Positions 35,357-45,500 of a stretch of DNA of 64,000 nucleotides are shown here, in pieces (the first letter of the stretch is position 1; the number at the start of each line of letters is the position of its first letter). The notes beneath the pieces were generated by a model that did no database searches, was not told where the DNA came from, and saw only the letters and a list, made by a program, of their open reading frames with translations. The position numbers were made by a program, and so were the translations under genes. This DNA comes from an uncultured Gammaproteobacteria bacterium (lineage in GTDB: Bacteria > Patescibacteriota > Microgenomatia > UBA8517). The stretch lies in assembly GCA_964494885.1 (NCBI GenBank), contig CAZBTH010000001.1, forward strand, positions 46,319 through 110,318, written 5' to 3'.

Positions 35357-37219
35357 GTGCTGTCTTATCAGATGTTGAAGAAGATTTCTTTTCGAATTAC
35401 AGTTTTGGTAATTGTATTGCCGTGCTTATTTGCCTCGGCCGTAACTATTATCAAAGCTTCTTCGCAAATATGGAGTCTTCAATCAACTTCTGATTGTTCA
35501 GGCTATGGCGGTAATGGTGAAACCTTCGATAATCTTTGCTATAACCAAAACGGCGTCAACAGCACTATACCTTGGATTCACAGTAGCGATCCTGCAATAC
35601 ATTTTGATGTAATAGTTGGTCACACGTACGAATTTAGCGAAACTACAAATTTTATAGGTGTAGGTGGCGATTTTATTGCCAATTTTTTAACCGACGGACA
35701 GGGTAAAGATTATGGATCCGGTGACGATTGGATATGTCCCACAGCAAAATGTTCACATGGTGGTTGGGCCAAAACTTTTACAGCAACCAGTAAAGATCTG
35801 TATTTTGCACAAGGTTCTGGCTGTTCTTCCTCTACAAGCTGTTATACCACCAATTTACTGCTAAATGATTTAAGTATTGCTGATTCACCCACCCCTACAC
35901 CAACTCCCACAGAAACACCCACCCCAACTCCATCACCAACCTCAACCCCCACTCCTTCTCCAACTCCGTCACCCCTACCCGTTACTAAAACAGTTTTTGT
36001 TCCTGGTTTTGGTGGAAGCTGGGACACATCTTCAATATTAAGTTGTCAGTATGATCCAAATGCTACGTGGGGTTTGGCGCCATTTGCAGAAAGTGTTTAT
36101 AATCCCCTCTTAACCACACTTGTACCATCTGACTGGAGTGTAATTCCCTTTTATTACGATTGGAGACAACCGGTTACCCAAAATGGAACATTACTAAAAC
36201 AAAAAGTAGACTCTTTAAATGAAAAGGTTAATCTTGTAGGACATAGTATGGGTGGTCTTGTTGGTAGAGCATATTTGGAGGAAGAATTCGATTCAAATAA
36301 AATTAGCAGCTTCTTAACCGTCGGCTCACCTCACAGAGGAGTTGCAATAGCCTATCCCGCTTGGGGAGGCGGTGAAATTTGGACTGATAATTTTCTGGCA
36401 AAAATTGCCACAACTCTTTACCTTAAGCTTTGCGGTCAAAAAGGTCCACTTTCCAACAACCGCGAAACTCTACAAAACATTTTTCCATCATTTCGTGACT
36501 TATTGCCTATTGATCCGTATTTAGTAAGTACTAGAAATTTTTCTCCTCCAAACATAAATGATGTTGACATGAACGCCAAAAACGTATGGCTGGTTGGAGA
36601 CACCAAATGGCCAATTTCGAATATCAAATTAGGCTCTTTATCCGGATCGGGATTTGCAACTCTACAAAACATCCCAGTCAAAGAACCGTCAAACCGTGAT
36701 ATCTCCTTGGGAAACTGGACTGATGGCAAGCCAGCAGGAAAAATTTACTCAACCAGCGGCGACGGAACAGTTCTCACCTCAAGCAGCGATATTAATGACC
36801 CAGCAGTTGAATTCCATCCAATAATTTCGCAAACGCACTCAGGCCTTGTGGCAAGTAATAATGGTTTAAATCAAATTCGTGAGTTTTTAGGTTTATCGCA
36901 AATTGTGGCAACAAGCTCAACTTTTTCTGAACCAACTTCTGCCTTAATATTAATCGGTTATCCGGCCAAGTTTTGGATAGCTGACCAAAAAGGAAATATT
37001 GTAAAAGATAAAAATGGCATGGTTGCTATTATGAATCCTAAATCGGGTATTTTCAAAATTAGTCTCTCACCAAAAAGTGGCAACACCAGGTTTATAATTG
37101 CTCAATTTTTAGCTAACGGGGATGTAAAATATAAAGAATATAGTTTCAAAGGTTTTGCCAATCAATTCAAAACTCTAAAATTTGATATCAATAACCCCCA
37201 AGAAGATATCCTCAACTAA
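35357..37219 (+). CDS. Secreted alpha/beta-hydrolase lipase/esterase with a Pro/Thr-rich linker
   Basis: Signal/TM N-terminus, Cys-rich N-domain, PTPTPTPTETPTPTPSPTSTP linker, nucleophile elbow GHSMGG. Confidence 0.65.
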   Translation: MLSYQMLKKISFRITVLVIVLPCLFASAVTIIKASSQIWSLQSTSDCSGYGGNGETFDNLCYNQNGVNSTIPWIHSSDPAIHFDVIVGHTYEFSETTNFIGVGGDFIANFLTDGQGKDYGSGDDWICPTAKCSHGGWAKTFTATSKDLYFAQGSGCSSSTSCYTTNLLLNDLSIADSPTPTPTPTETPTPTPSPTSTPTPSPTPSPLPVTKTVFVPGFGGSWDTSSILSCQYDPNATWGLAPFAESVYNPLLTTLVPSDWSVIPFYYDWRQPVTQNGTLLKQKVDSLNEKVNLVGHSMGGLVGRAYLEEEFDSNKISSFLTVGSPHRGVAIAYPAWGGGEIWTDNFLAKIATTLYLKLCGQKGPLSNNRETLQNIFPSFRDLLPIDPYLVSTRNFSPPNINDVDMNAKNVWLVGDTKWPISNIKLGSLSGSGFATLQNIPVKEPSNRDISLGNWTDGKPAGKIYSTSGDGTVLTSSSDINDPAVEFHPIISQTHSGLVASNNGLNQIREFLGLSQIVATSSTFSEPTSALILIGYPAKFWIADQKGNIVKDKNGMVAIMNPKSGIFKISLSPKSGNTRFIIAQFLANGDVKYKEYSFKGFANQFKTLKFDINNPQEDILN

Positions 37220-37882
37220 CTAAAAAGTGGGTTTAAAACGCGTTTTTACAAATACAAAAAGTTTGTAGATTATAATCAGCCCAATTATTGCGAGGGCCGG
37301 ACCATGGAAAAATGAAAAAGGAGGGGTCCCTATATCGCTTCCTAAACCAATCGAATGTATACCTATAAATACAAATACCAAATAATTGAGGATGTGGAAT
37401 TTTTTCCAATTGGCCCTCATATAAGGGGTGGCCATGCGAAGTAGTCCGGCCCATACAGCAATATTTAAAAGCCAAAAAGAGATCCTACCCAATGTTTGAT
37501 AAAAATCAATTCTGGTCGGACACAGAACGCAGAAATATATAAAAACAGTAAAAGGGTCCAATCCCCGTTGCGAAAAATAATTGAATAGCATAAAACTAAG
37601 CGGGTGAAGAATAATAAGAATGTATACCAAAACTCCTTCGATAATATGGAACCTGAATATCCAACCCCCGAGTTTGTTGGTCCACTTTTCCATAAATGCA
37701 CCAAGAACAATCTGGAAAAATAGCAAGGTAAATGCCGTAAGCCCCAAAAGTCTTTGAACAAAATTTGCGATTGTGGAATAGTTTGTTAACGCACGGGATA
37801 ATGGAGTATTGGACAATATTGAAATGGGAGCCAAACTCAGCACCCCTAGCCAAACAAGAAAAAAAATAATTTTGTTTTTCAT
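37220..37882 (-). CDS. Polytopic membrane protein with paired His (ferric-reductase-like b-haem TM domain)
   Basis: Two His pairs spaced 13 residues apart in TM helices (HIIEG..13..H; HILNY..13..H). Confidence 0.45.
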   Translation of the reverse strand: MKNKIIFFLVWLGVLSLAPISILSNTPLSRALTNYSTIANFVQRLLGLTAFTLLFFQIVLGAFMEKWTNKLGGWIFRFHIIEGVLVYILIILHPLSFMLFNYFSQRGLDPFTVFIYFCVLCPTRIDFYQTLGRISFWLLNIAVWAGLLRMATPYMRANWKKFHILNYLVFVFIGIHSIGLGSDIGTPPFSFFHGPALAIIGLIIIYKLFVFVKTRFKPTF

Positions 37883-37888
37883 CTAATG

Positions 37889-37960
37889 TGGACGACGTTG
37901 GAATCGGACCAACGACCTTTCGAATGTGAGTCGAATGTTCTGCCACTGAACTAGTCGTCC
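37889..37960 (-). tRNA. tRNA-Val (CAC)
   Basis: Acceptor GGACGAC/GTCGTCC, D-arm GTTCAGTGGCAGAAC, anticodon stem TTCGA/TCGAA, loop ctCACat, T-loop TCCGATT. Confidence 0.8.
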
Positions 37961-38034
37961 TTCTCGATCTATTTTAGCATGGCAAGCCCTGCTTATCATC
38001 TTGACAAGATAAAAACGAATTAGTAAAAAGGTGT

Positions 38035-38616
38035 ATGGCACTCCCCGAAGTTCTTTCAGAAAGCGAAGTACCTTATGTCCCCTTCTCTGAAAACCCCAAA
38101 ATTATTACTGTGGGAGATTTTAAAGTCTTCGAATATGTTAGCCCCACCGAAATGGCAAAATATATCAATTTGCTGTCCAATAAGGTCAAACTTGACACCT
38201 TTGATGCTGTTCTGGTGAACATGAATGGCGGAATGTTTCTGTTTGATTGTCTTTCGCGTTTACAAGGGTACACCAAAGATCCTGTAAAAATTGAGTATCA
38301 CCGGCCCGAAAGGGCATATGGCGCAACGATTATATCCCCGGTTCCACCTGAACTTAGACACCTAAAACTTTTAGGAGTAGATGATATTTACGACAGTGGT
38401 GGAGTTTTCCGTGCCATTATGGCCGATTCCGGCCCATTGTCGGAAGCTGTGGCTCTCGTCACAAAAAAGGGTATTCCAAACCAGATACAAATTCCAAACA
38501 TTACCATCGGATTAAAAATTGATGATCGCTGGGTCGGTGGTTGCGGCATGAATCTTGGTGCCCCCGGTGAAGAAAATATCTTTAGAAACTACCCAGGACT
38601 AGTAGTAAAAATTTAA
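38035..38616 (+). CDS. Phosphoribosyltransferase-family protein (purine PRTase-like)
   Basis: PRPP-binding motif LLGVDDIYDSGG. Confidence 0.6.
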   Translation: MALPEVLSESEVPYVPFSENPKIITVGDFKVFEYVSPTEMAKYINLLSNKVKLDTFDAVLVNMNGGMFLFDCLSRLQGYTKDPVKIEYHRPERAYGATIISPVPPELRHLKLLGVDDIYDSGGVFRAIMADSGPLSEAVALVTKKGIPNQIQIPNITIGLKIDDRWVGGCGMNLGAPGEENIFRNYPGLVVKI

Positions 38617-38673
38617 ATAATTTTACTAGTACTTGTGTTTACTCCTTAACCCCAAATATAATGAAGGTTATAT

Positions 38674-39225
38674 ATGTTTGGTAAAATTGGCGCGTTTTTT
38701 TTGGATATATTGGAAGTAATAGTTTTTGCGATCGGCATCTTCTTTTTTGTCTATCTTCTTATTATGCGTCCCCATAAAATTAAAGGACAATCTATGCATC
38801 CCAATTTTCCGGACGGTGAATACTTATTAACCGAAAAAGTAACCTACTATACCAGAAGCCCCAAGAGAGGAGATGTCGTAGTTTTTACCCCACCCGTCTC
38901 GGAAACAGACGAATTTATTAAAAGAGTTATAGGGCTTCCCGGAGAGCGTGTAATGATTCAAGACAGTCGTGTCTACATCGACGACAAACTACTTAACGAA
39001 CCATATCTTGCAAGCAATATTTATACAGAAAATGAGGGGTTTTTAAAGGATGGGGAAAATTATACAATTCCTGAAGGCCAATATTTTGTTATGGGAGACA
39101 ACAGACCCCACTCCTCCGATTCCCGTGCTTGGGGTCCCATTACTAAAAAGTCAATTAGCGGTAGAGCCTGGATAATTTATTGGCCTCTAGATCTTTCGGG
39201 AGTCGTAAAAATACCGACGTATTAA
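38674..39225 (+). CDS. lepB: Signal peptidase I
   Basis: GQSMHP (Ser box), GDVVVF, GDNRPHSSDSRAWG. Confidence 0.85.
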   Translation: MFGKIGAFFLDILEVIVFAIGIFFFVYLLIMRPHKIKGQSMHPNFPDGEYLLTEKVTYYTRSPKRGDVVVFTPPVSETDEFIKRVIGLPGERVMIQDSRVYIDDKLLNEPYLASNIYTENEGFLKDGENYTIPEGQYFVMGDNRPHSSDSRAWGPITKKSISGRAWIIYWPLDLSGVVKIPTY

Positions 39226-40061
39226 GAAGTAATTGCTTTATAAACTCTTTGGAGTCTTTCTTCGGTTTCTTCCAGTCCACCTTTAAAAGTAAAGTTAACT
39301 TTTGTCTCTCTTTGGGATCTTATTAGCTTAACTGCTGTCTTTTTGGCAAGTTCGGAATCACCATTGATTTGAAATGCTTTTTGCAAATCTTCCTGCATTC
39401 TGTCTATCTCCTCAGAGACAATTCTAACGTGCTGACTTGATCTTGGCGCTTCCTGTTGAGACTTGGCCTTCATACGTCTTGCAAGCTCCTCTGCGCGACG
39501 CACACTGCCGCTCTCTCTTAACACTATCTTGTAAGCCTCTATCATGAGGTTTGGATCGTCTATAGCCGCCAAAGCCCTTGCATGACCTTCCGTAATAAGC
39601 CCCGACAAAAGTCCGTCTTTAAGTGCATCCGGAAGAGAAAGCAATCTTAAGGAGTTACTTACATAAGCAACAGATTTACCGATTCTAACCGCAATCTCAC
39701 TTGTAGTTAAATTGAACTCATTCATAAGGCGTTCAAAGCCTTTGGCGCGGTCCAACGGATTAAGGTCTACTCTTTGAACATTCTCAACAAGCGCCATTTC
39801 GAGCATTCCTTTGGGGGAGGTTTCACGAACAATGACAGGCACATGAGTCAAACCCGCAAGTTTAGAAGCTCTCCATCTACGCTCCCCTGCAATTATTTGA
39901 AAACCGGCCGGAGTCTTGGCAACTACCAAAGGTTCCAATATTCCATGTTCACGGATGGAATCAACTAGGTCTACTAAACTTTCAGGAGTGATTGCACCAC
40001 GAGGTTGAAGAGGGTTTGGCTGTAACTGTGTAACTTCAATTTGTACTATTTCTTCTGCCAT
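39222..40061 (-). CDS. parB: Chromosome partitioning protein ParB/Spo0J
   Basis: ParB N-domain IAGERRWRAS, HTH, C-terminal dimerisation region. Confidence 0.85.
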   Translation of the reverse strand: MAEEIVQIEVTQLQPNPLQPRGAITPESLVDLVDSIREHGILEPLVVAKTPAGFQIIAGERRWRASKLAGLTHVPVIVRETSPKGMLEMALVENVQRVDLNPLDRAKGFERLMNEFNLTTSEIAVRIGKSVAYVSNSLRLLSLPDALKDGLLSGLITEGHARALAAIDDPNLMIEAYKIVLRESGSVRRAEELARRMKAKSQQEAPRSSQHVRIVSEEIDRMQEDLQKAFQINGDSELAKKTAVKLIRSQRETKVNFTFKGGLEETEERLQRVYKAITS

Positions 40062-40083
40062 AATATTTTTAAGACACTAGTGA

Positions 40084-40341
40084 CTAGGCACTAGCAACTA
40101 CACTAACAACTCTTTTACCCAGCTTCTTAGTAAATTTAACAATGCCGTCGGCAACTGAGTATAAAGTATGATCACGGCCTAACTTTGCTCCGGCTCCTTT
40201 ACCAAAAGTGGTACCGCGTTGACGGACTAAAATTTGCCCCCTGCCCACTTTTTCGCCACCTGAAACTTTTACACCCAATCTTTTACCTGCCGGGCTAACA
40301 TGTTGTGAAGCTTTTCCACCCGCTGCTTTATGTGTTGACAT
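40084..40341 (-). CDS. rpmA: 50S ribosomal protein L27
   Basis: MSTHKAAGG...KRLGVK...GQILVRQRGT; start trimmed from the track ORF (40422) to MSTHK. Confidence 0.85.
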   Translation of the reverse strand: MSTHKAAGGKASQHVSPAGKRLGVKVSGGEKVGRGQILVRQRGTTFGKGAGAKLGRDHTLYSVADGIVKFTKKLGKRVVSVVASA

Positions 40342-40415
40342 CCTTCGCACAATATAAATGATGTTTTCACAGTTGTCAAGAGGGTTGGTAAGATGTATTA
40401 AATCATATTTCGTTC

Positions 40416-40443
40416 TTGACAAAAGAATAATATAGGCTATAAT
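40416..40443 (+). promoter_or_regulatory. Consensus sigma70 promoter (TTGACA-16-TATAAT) for the GC-rich inserted gene
   Basis: TTGACA 40416-40421, TATAAT 40438-40443. The -35 lies in a 9-bp inverted repeat (ttgtcaaga / tcttgacaa) that also supplies a TTGACA for the divergent rpmA promoter. Confidence 0.55.
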
Positions 40444-40503
40444 TCTGGCCTAATACGCATCGTGCGTAAATTCCTGAGTTTGCACATAAAAAAGGAGAAT
40501 AAG

Positions 40504-41046
40504 ATGCTCGATTTAAGCAATTTGACCGGTGCTAACGGCACCAAGTTCGTGATTCATCTGGAAAACCAGGCAGATCTGGCAAAGATTGAGCACCAATTCC
40601 ATGACAATGCCTCGCTTTTGGCTTTCGTCCAGGATGGTGCGGATTTTGATCTCGGCGGTTCCAACCTCGGCCCGGACAAGATCGTGCACGCCATGTTCGC
40701 TAAAAATCGGCGCGTGACCTACCTGACCGAAGAGAAGTACGTTGAATGGGCGAAAACCGGCGATTGGCAAAATGTCGACCCCGATGGCGACAATGAACCC
40801 GAAGCGAGCCTTAATGATGTCCTGTCAATGCTCCTCGGCGGTGGCAGTCATTCGAATTTCACGGGTCCGACCGATGATCAAATCGCGAAATACGCCAGCA
40901 ACCCGACTGCTCAGATGATCAGTGGCGAGGACGCAAACTGCTCTTTTTGCCTTCGGCCTACTGGTGGCTGCATCGGTCGTGACGCTTCGTTCGACGAAGC
41001 CGCTTTCGACGCAGAAATTCTCACGCGCAAGGCTGCATTGAACTAA
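40504..41046 (+). CDS. GC-rich (~52%) acidic protein of unknown function, apparently horizontally acquired
   Basis: ATG 8 nt after AAAAAGGAGAA. The track ORF begins at a TTG at 40462. Composition is clearly different from its neighbours. LSMLLGG double-Gly-like segment followed by a Cys-containing C-terminus. Confidence 0.6.
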   Translation: MLDLSNLTGANGTKFVIHLENQADLAKIEHQFHDNASLLAFVQDGADFDLGGSNLGPDKIVHAMFAKNRRVTYLTEEKYVEWAKTGDWQNVDPDGDNEPEASLNDVLSMLLGGGSHSNFTGPTDDQIAKYASNPTAQMISGEDANCSFCLRPTGGCIGRDASFDEAAFDAEILTRKAALN

Positions 41047-41072
41047 CGAATTACTTCTTTTATTGTTATTCC

Positions 41073-41136
41073 GCGGCTGGAACCAAAGTGAATGTTCACA
41101 AACATTTACCCAAAAGTTCCAGCCGCAAGATTTTTC
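41073..41136 (+). terminator. Compound hairpin plus U-run terminator of the GC-rich gene
   Basis: GCGGCTGGAAC ... GTTCCAGCCGC (11-bp stem) enclosing an inner hairpin AATGTTCACAAACATT, then AAGATTTTTC. Confidence 0.5.
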
Positions 41137-41443
41137 AGGAAATTTTCTCCACCAGAAGTCTTGCATATTGAGGTCTAAATCCTGTATGCTTCCTGTAGCG
41201 TGATTTTGCTTTAAATTTATAGATCTCGATTTTTTCTCCTTTTTCCAGCTCTGTTACAACCTTTAAGGCTACTTTTACATCTTTGAGGACCGGCTTACCC
41301 ACTTTTACCTTTTCCCCGTCCACGAACATAAGTACTTCAGTTTCAAAACCCTTAATATCGATAAGTTTGTCCACCAAAAGCTCTTTGCCTTCCTCGACCT
41401 TATATTGCCTGCCGCCAATCCTGACTACCGCATATTTATTCAT
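41135..41443 (-). CDS. rplU: 50S ribosomal protein L21
   Basis: MNKYAVVRIGGRQYKVEEG; start trimmed to MNKYAVV. Confidence 0.85.
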   Translation of the reverse strand: MNKYAVVRIGGRQYKVEEGKELLVDKLIDIKGFETEVLMFVDGEKVKVGKPVLKDVKVALKVVTELEKGEKIEIYKFKAKSRYRKHTGFRPQYARLLVEKIS

Positions 41444-41456
41444 AATAACTGGTATT

Positions 41457-42518
41457 TTAGCGTTTATAAGACGAACTGGCAATCCCCAAGCCTATCATTG
41501 TGGCCAAAAGTGAAGATCCGCCGGCTGAAACCAAGGGAAAAGGCAGCCCCGTAACCGGTAATAGACCAATATTCATGCCTATGTGAATAAATATTTGGAG
41601 TAAATATGTCAGGAAAAAACCGGAAAGATAGGCACGGGCAGCAGAACTTACGGCTTTTTCCATATAAATAGTCAAGCGGTAAAGGATAATAAAACTGGCA
41701 ATTATAGACATTAGAGCCCCGACAAAACCCAGCTCTTCAGAAATTGCCGAAAAAACAAAGTCTGTTTGTTTTTCAGGCAAAAAAGACAACTGTGTCTGAA
41801 TTCCCCGCCCCAACCCCAATCCTGTAATTTTTCCTGACCCCGCCGCAATCGTCGATTGCAAACTGTTATAACCAGCACCGAGTGGATCAGACGACGGCGT
41901 GATAAACGTAGTGAGACGCAGTCGTTGATAAGGCGCCATTATCAACCAAAATATAGGAGAAACAACCAACAAGGCAACAAGACCAAAAAAAATATATCTC
42001 TTATCAATCTTTGAAGAAACCAAAACACCCAAAAATCCCACCAAGGTTAGAACCGACACTCCAAGGGAGGGTTGGATAAAAATAAGAAAAACCGGAAGTA
42101 GAGCCAATGCGAATGTTTTTACTATTTTAACAGAATCCAACGTACCGTAAGTAAGATAGTTGGCAAAAAAAATCAGAAGAAACGGACGTACGATTTCTGC
42201 CGGCTGAAGACTGATCGGACCAATTGGTATCCAGCGAATTGTTCCTCTTGTAACGCTACCGATTATAAGAGTTGCCAAAAGAAGGATAATTGAAAAAATA
42301 TATAAATGCTTAGAAAAAAGAGATACGATATCGAAATCTAATTGGGAAAAAAGAAAAAAAGCGCCAACTCCGATGAAAACACTTAGGAAATACAACGGAA
42401 ATATCGATGGGGCTACCGACTTTAAAACAATCACACTTAATATAAGCAAAAATATTATGGAAAACGTAAAACTAATATCTTTGGTCAAAAATCCAAATAT
42501 CAGGTTTTGTCTTTTCAC
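41457..42518 (-). CDS. SEDS family peptidoglycan glycosyltransferase (RodA/FtsW paralogue 1)
   Basis: 10-TM SEDS topology; conserved GLLPVTGLPFPLVSAGGSS C-terminal motif. Confidence 0.8.
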   Translation of the reverse strand: MKRQNLIFGFLTKDISFTFSIIFLLILSVIVLKSVAPSIFPLYFLSVFIGVGAFFLFSQLDFDIVSLFSKHLYIFSIILLLATLIIGSVTRGTIRWIPIGPISLQPAEIVRPFLLIFFANYLTYGTLDSVKIVKTFALALLPVFLIFIQPSLGVSVLTLVGFLGVLVSSKIDKRYIFFGLVALLVVSPIFWLIMAPYQRLRLTTFITPSSDPLGAGYNSLQSTIAAGSGKITGLGLGRGIQTQLSFLPEKQTDFVFSAISEELGFVGALMSIIASFIILYRLTIYMEKAVSSAARAYLSGFFLTYLLQIFIHIGMNIGLLPVTGLPFPLVSAGGSSLLATMIGLGIASSSYKR

Positions 42519-45500
42519 TTTGAAGCTTTAGAAACTTTAAATTTACCTACACTAAGACTATTTATTTGCGCTTTTTTAGTCATCCATTGAACAAGTTTTT
42601 TGTCCAATGGAATCGCCTCTAATTGAACATTAACCTTCTGAGTAAGATTTAAACCCAATAATTTTCTTTCTTCCTGAATTTTGCGTGCCAAGTCCCGGAT
42701 TCCAGCCTCTTCGGAAAGTTCCGCTGTAATTTTTAAATCAAACTCATTTTCTTTTGATCCCCAAATTAGTTTCTTTACATTGATTTCATCTTTTATTAAA
42801 TATTCCAGATTTTTAGAAATCGGCTGAAGTGTTATCGAGTAAGAATTGAGAGGCTGTTTAACACCTATCCCCTTTTCTTTTCGTATAGAATGCGCTGTTT
42901 CTACAATCTCGCGTACTATTTTCATTTCCTCCAATAGTTTGTGACTTGTTTTTTGAGATTTGATATTTACATTTGGCCAATCACTCAAATGTACAGACTC
43001 CTCTTTAGTTAAGTTCATAAACAACGTTTCAGATATGAAAGGTATAAACGGAGCAAGAAGACGGGACAAAGTATGTAGTATGTAGTATGTAGTCTGATAA
43101 AAAGCACTCCTATCATTCTCGGACTCTGCGGCAGGGCCTACTCTATCACGGGACCTTCTTATATACCAAAGACTTAAATCATCAACAAATTTCTCAATTT
43201 CGCCGGCTCCTGTGTAAGCGTCGTATTTTTCAAGATCATTTGTAACTGTCTGAATTACCTGATTCAGTCTCGCCAATATCCATTTGTCCAAAACGTTAGT
43301 GCTGTGTACTGAGTACTTTGTACTCTGTACTGGACGCCAAGCGTCCAAATTTGCATAAGTCACAAAGAAGTTGTAAACGTTCCAAATCTTTAAGTGAAAT
43401 CTCCTTCTGACTTCATCTGCAACTTTATATCCGAACAATAAATTCTCCGCCGGATTCTGACGCACAAACATCCACCTCATTACATCCACCCCCATCTGGT
43501 CAGCCCCCTGAGTAAATTCAATCATGTTCCCGGAACTTTTATGCATGGCGTTCCCCTTCTCGTCGAATAGTGTGGCATACCCTAGAACAGTTTTAAAAGG
43601 CTCAGCGTCTTCCATAACAGTACTCATGGCAATGAGCGAGTAAAACCAGTTCTTAAATTGTCCCGGAAAACTCTCAGTAATAAAATCAGCCGGGAACCAT
43701 TTCTCCCATTTAGATATATCTGCTAAATATAAAGGTTTGGTTTTTGTCACTTCAAAGTTGGCAGCTTTGTTGTTTTCGCTGATTGTTGAATACGGAATTA
43801 TCCCGGCGTCCAGCCAAGGGTTGCCAACCGGCTCGATTCTACTCATAACACTTCCACACTTGCCGCACTTGATTTTAACCTCGTCTATCTGGGGTTTATG
43901 AGGGGTCTTCCCATCAAATTTTTCCCATCCGATAACAGCAAGCTCTTTAAGTTCCTCTTTCGAACCGACGACCTCAAAATTCCCGCATTTTTTACATTCC
44001 CAGATGGGAAGAGCGAGACCCCAATATCTATTTTTTTTGCTTATAAGCCAGTCATGCATGTTGGACAGCCAATCCATCTCACGATCAAGCCCAAACCCGG
44101 GAATCCAATTAATCTTCCCTGTAACATTTTTCATCTGTTCCCTTAGTGTTCTAGTGTCGAGTTTTTGTGGCCTTTCTTCTTCCTTTTCGTTCCACTCAGA
44201 AATTTTTAATTTTTCATTTTTAATTTTTAATTTTGATGGAGCATCCATCGCTATGTACCATTCGTCAGTTACTTTCCAAACGAGTTCTGTTTTGCATCTC
44301 CAACAAGCGGGGTATCTATGGGTATATCTCTCAGTTTTAAAAAGAAAATGATTTCCTTCTTTATCCAGGTTGCGTAGATAATCTAAAATTATTTCCGGAT
44401 GTTTTTTAGCGTTTAGACCCGAAAATTCTCCCAGTCCTTCCACATAGGACGCATCATCGTTGATCACCGGAATCATCGGCAAACCAAGTTTTTTACCAAG
44501 TTTAAAATCCTCACTTCCCGCCGAAACTGCAGTGTGCACAAGCCCGGTTCCTTCGTCGACTGAAATCGGTAGAATCAGGTTATCAGTGGCAACGACATTG
44601 TGAAACTTGGCATCGTTTTTTGATGAAGCCGTAACCACTCCCGGCAAATTATCAAAAGCACCTTTGTACCTTAAGCCAACTAATTTTGCACCTTTAGTGG
44701 TTTTTATAACCTTGTAGTTTTCACCCGCAAGTACCCGGGAAACAGCGTCCTTGGCCAGCCAGTATTTTCGCGTCTTGACCTCAACAAGTGAATACTCCAG
44801 TTTTTCATCAACCGCTATAGCAATATTGGCCGGAATTGTCCAAGGGGTTGTTGTCCAAACCATAAAATACTCATCGATAACCCCAACCACCGGAAATGCC
44901 AAATACACTGATTCGTGTGTGATTTCTTTATAATCTTCGGTCAGCATTTCGTGTTGAGAAATAGCTGTTTCGCATCTTGGGCACCAAGGAACAGAATCGT
45001 TCCCTTTGTAAATCCAGCCGTTATCATAACATTTCTTCAAAAAATCCCAGATCATGTAATTGTTGTCATCACTTAATGTGTAATACGAGTTATCCCAATC
45101 CATGAAGTAACCCAAGCGCTTGCTTTGTTCAGTTTGAATACCAGAATATTTCTTCACCCTGTCGCGGCAAAGCTGAACGAATTTTGCAACACCGAAAGTT
45201 TCTATATCTTTTTTACTTTTAAACCCGAGTTCCTTTTCAACTTCCACTTCTACCCACAGACCCTGAGCATCAAAACCGTTTTGAAATCGTTGATTAAATC
45301 CCTGCATGTTTTTAAACCTGCGCCACAAATCTTTATACGTTCGCCCCCAGGCATGGTGTACCCCCATAGGGTTATTGGCGGTAATCGGGCCATCCAGGAA
45401 AGAAAAATGCTTTGTGGATTTTGAATTTTTTTGAAGATATTTCTTTACAATGCCTTTTTTTGCCCAAACCTCAAGAAGCCTATTTTCCATTTTAGGAAAA

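Noticed and set aside
37233-37946. Nested ORFs 37233-37475, 37465-37761 and 37596-37946 on the minus strand
   Set aside because: They are alternative frames of the 37220-37882 membrane-protein gene. The last one runs over tRNA-Val.
40084-40422. Long N-terminal extension on L27 (possible Prp-cleaved propeptide, as in Firmicutes)
   Set aside because: The extension starts from a non-ATG codon and has no conserved cleavage motif. The canonical L27 N-terminus (MSTHKAAGG..) follows an internal ATG with a GAAGG SD. No Prp-like gene is present; the interposed gene is on the opposite strand.
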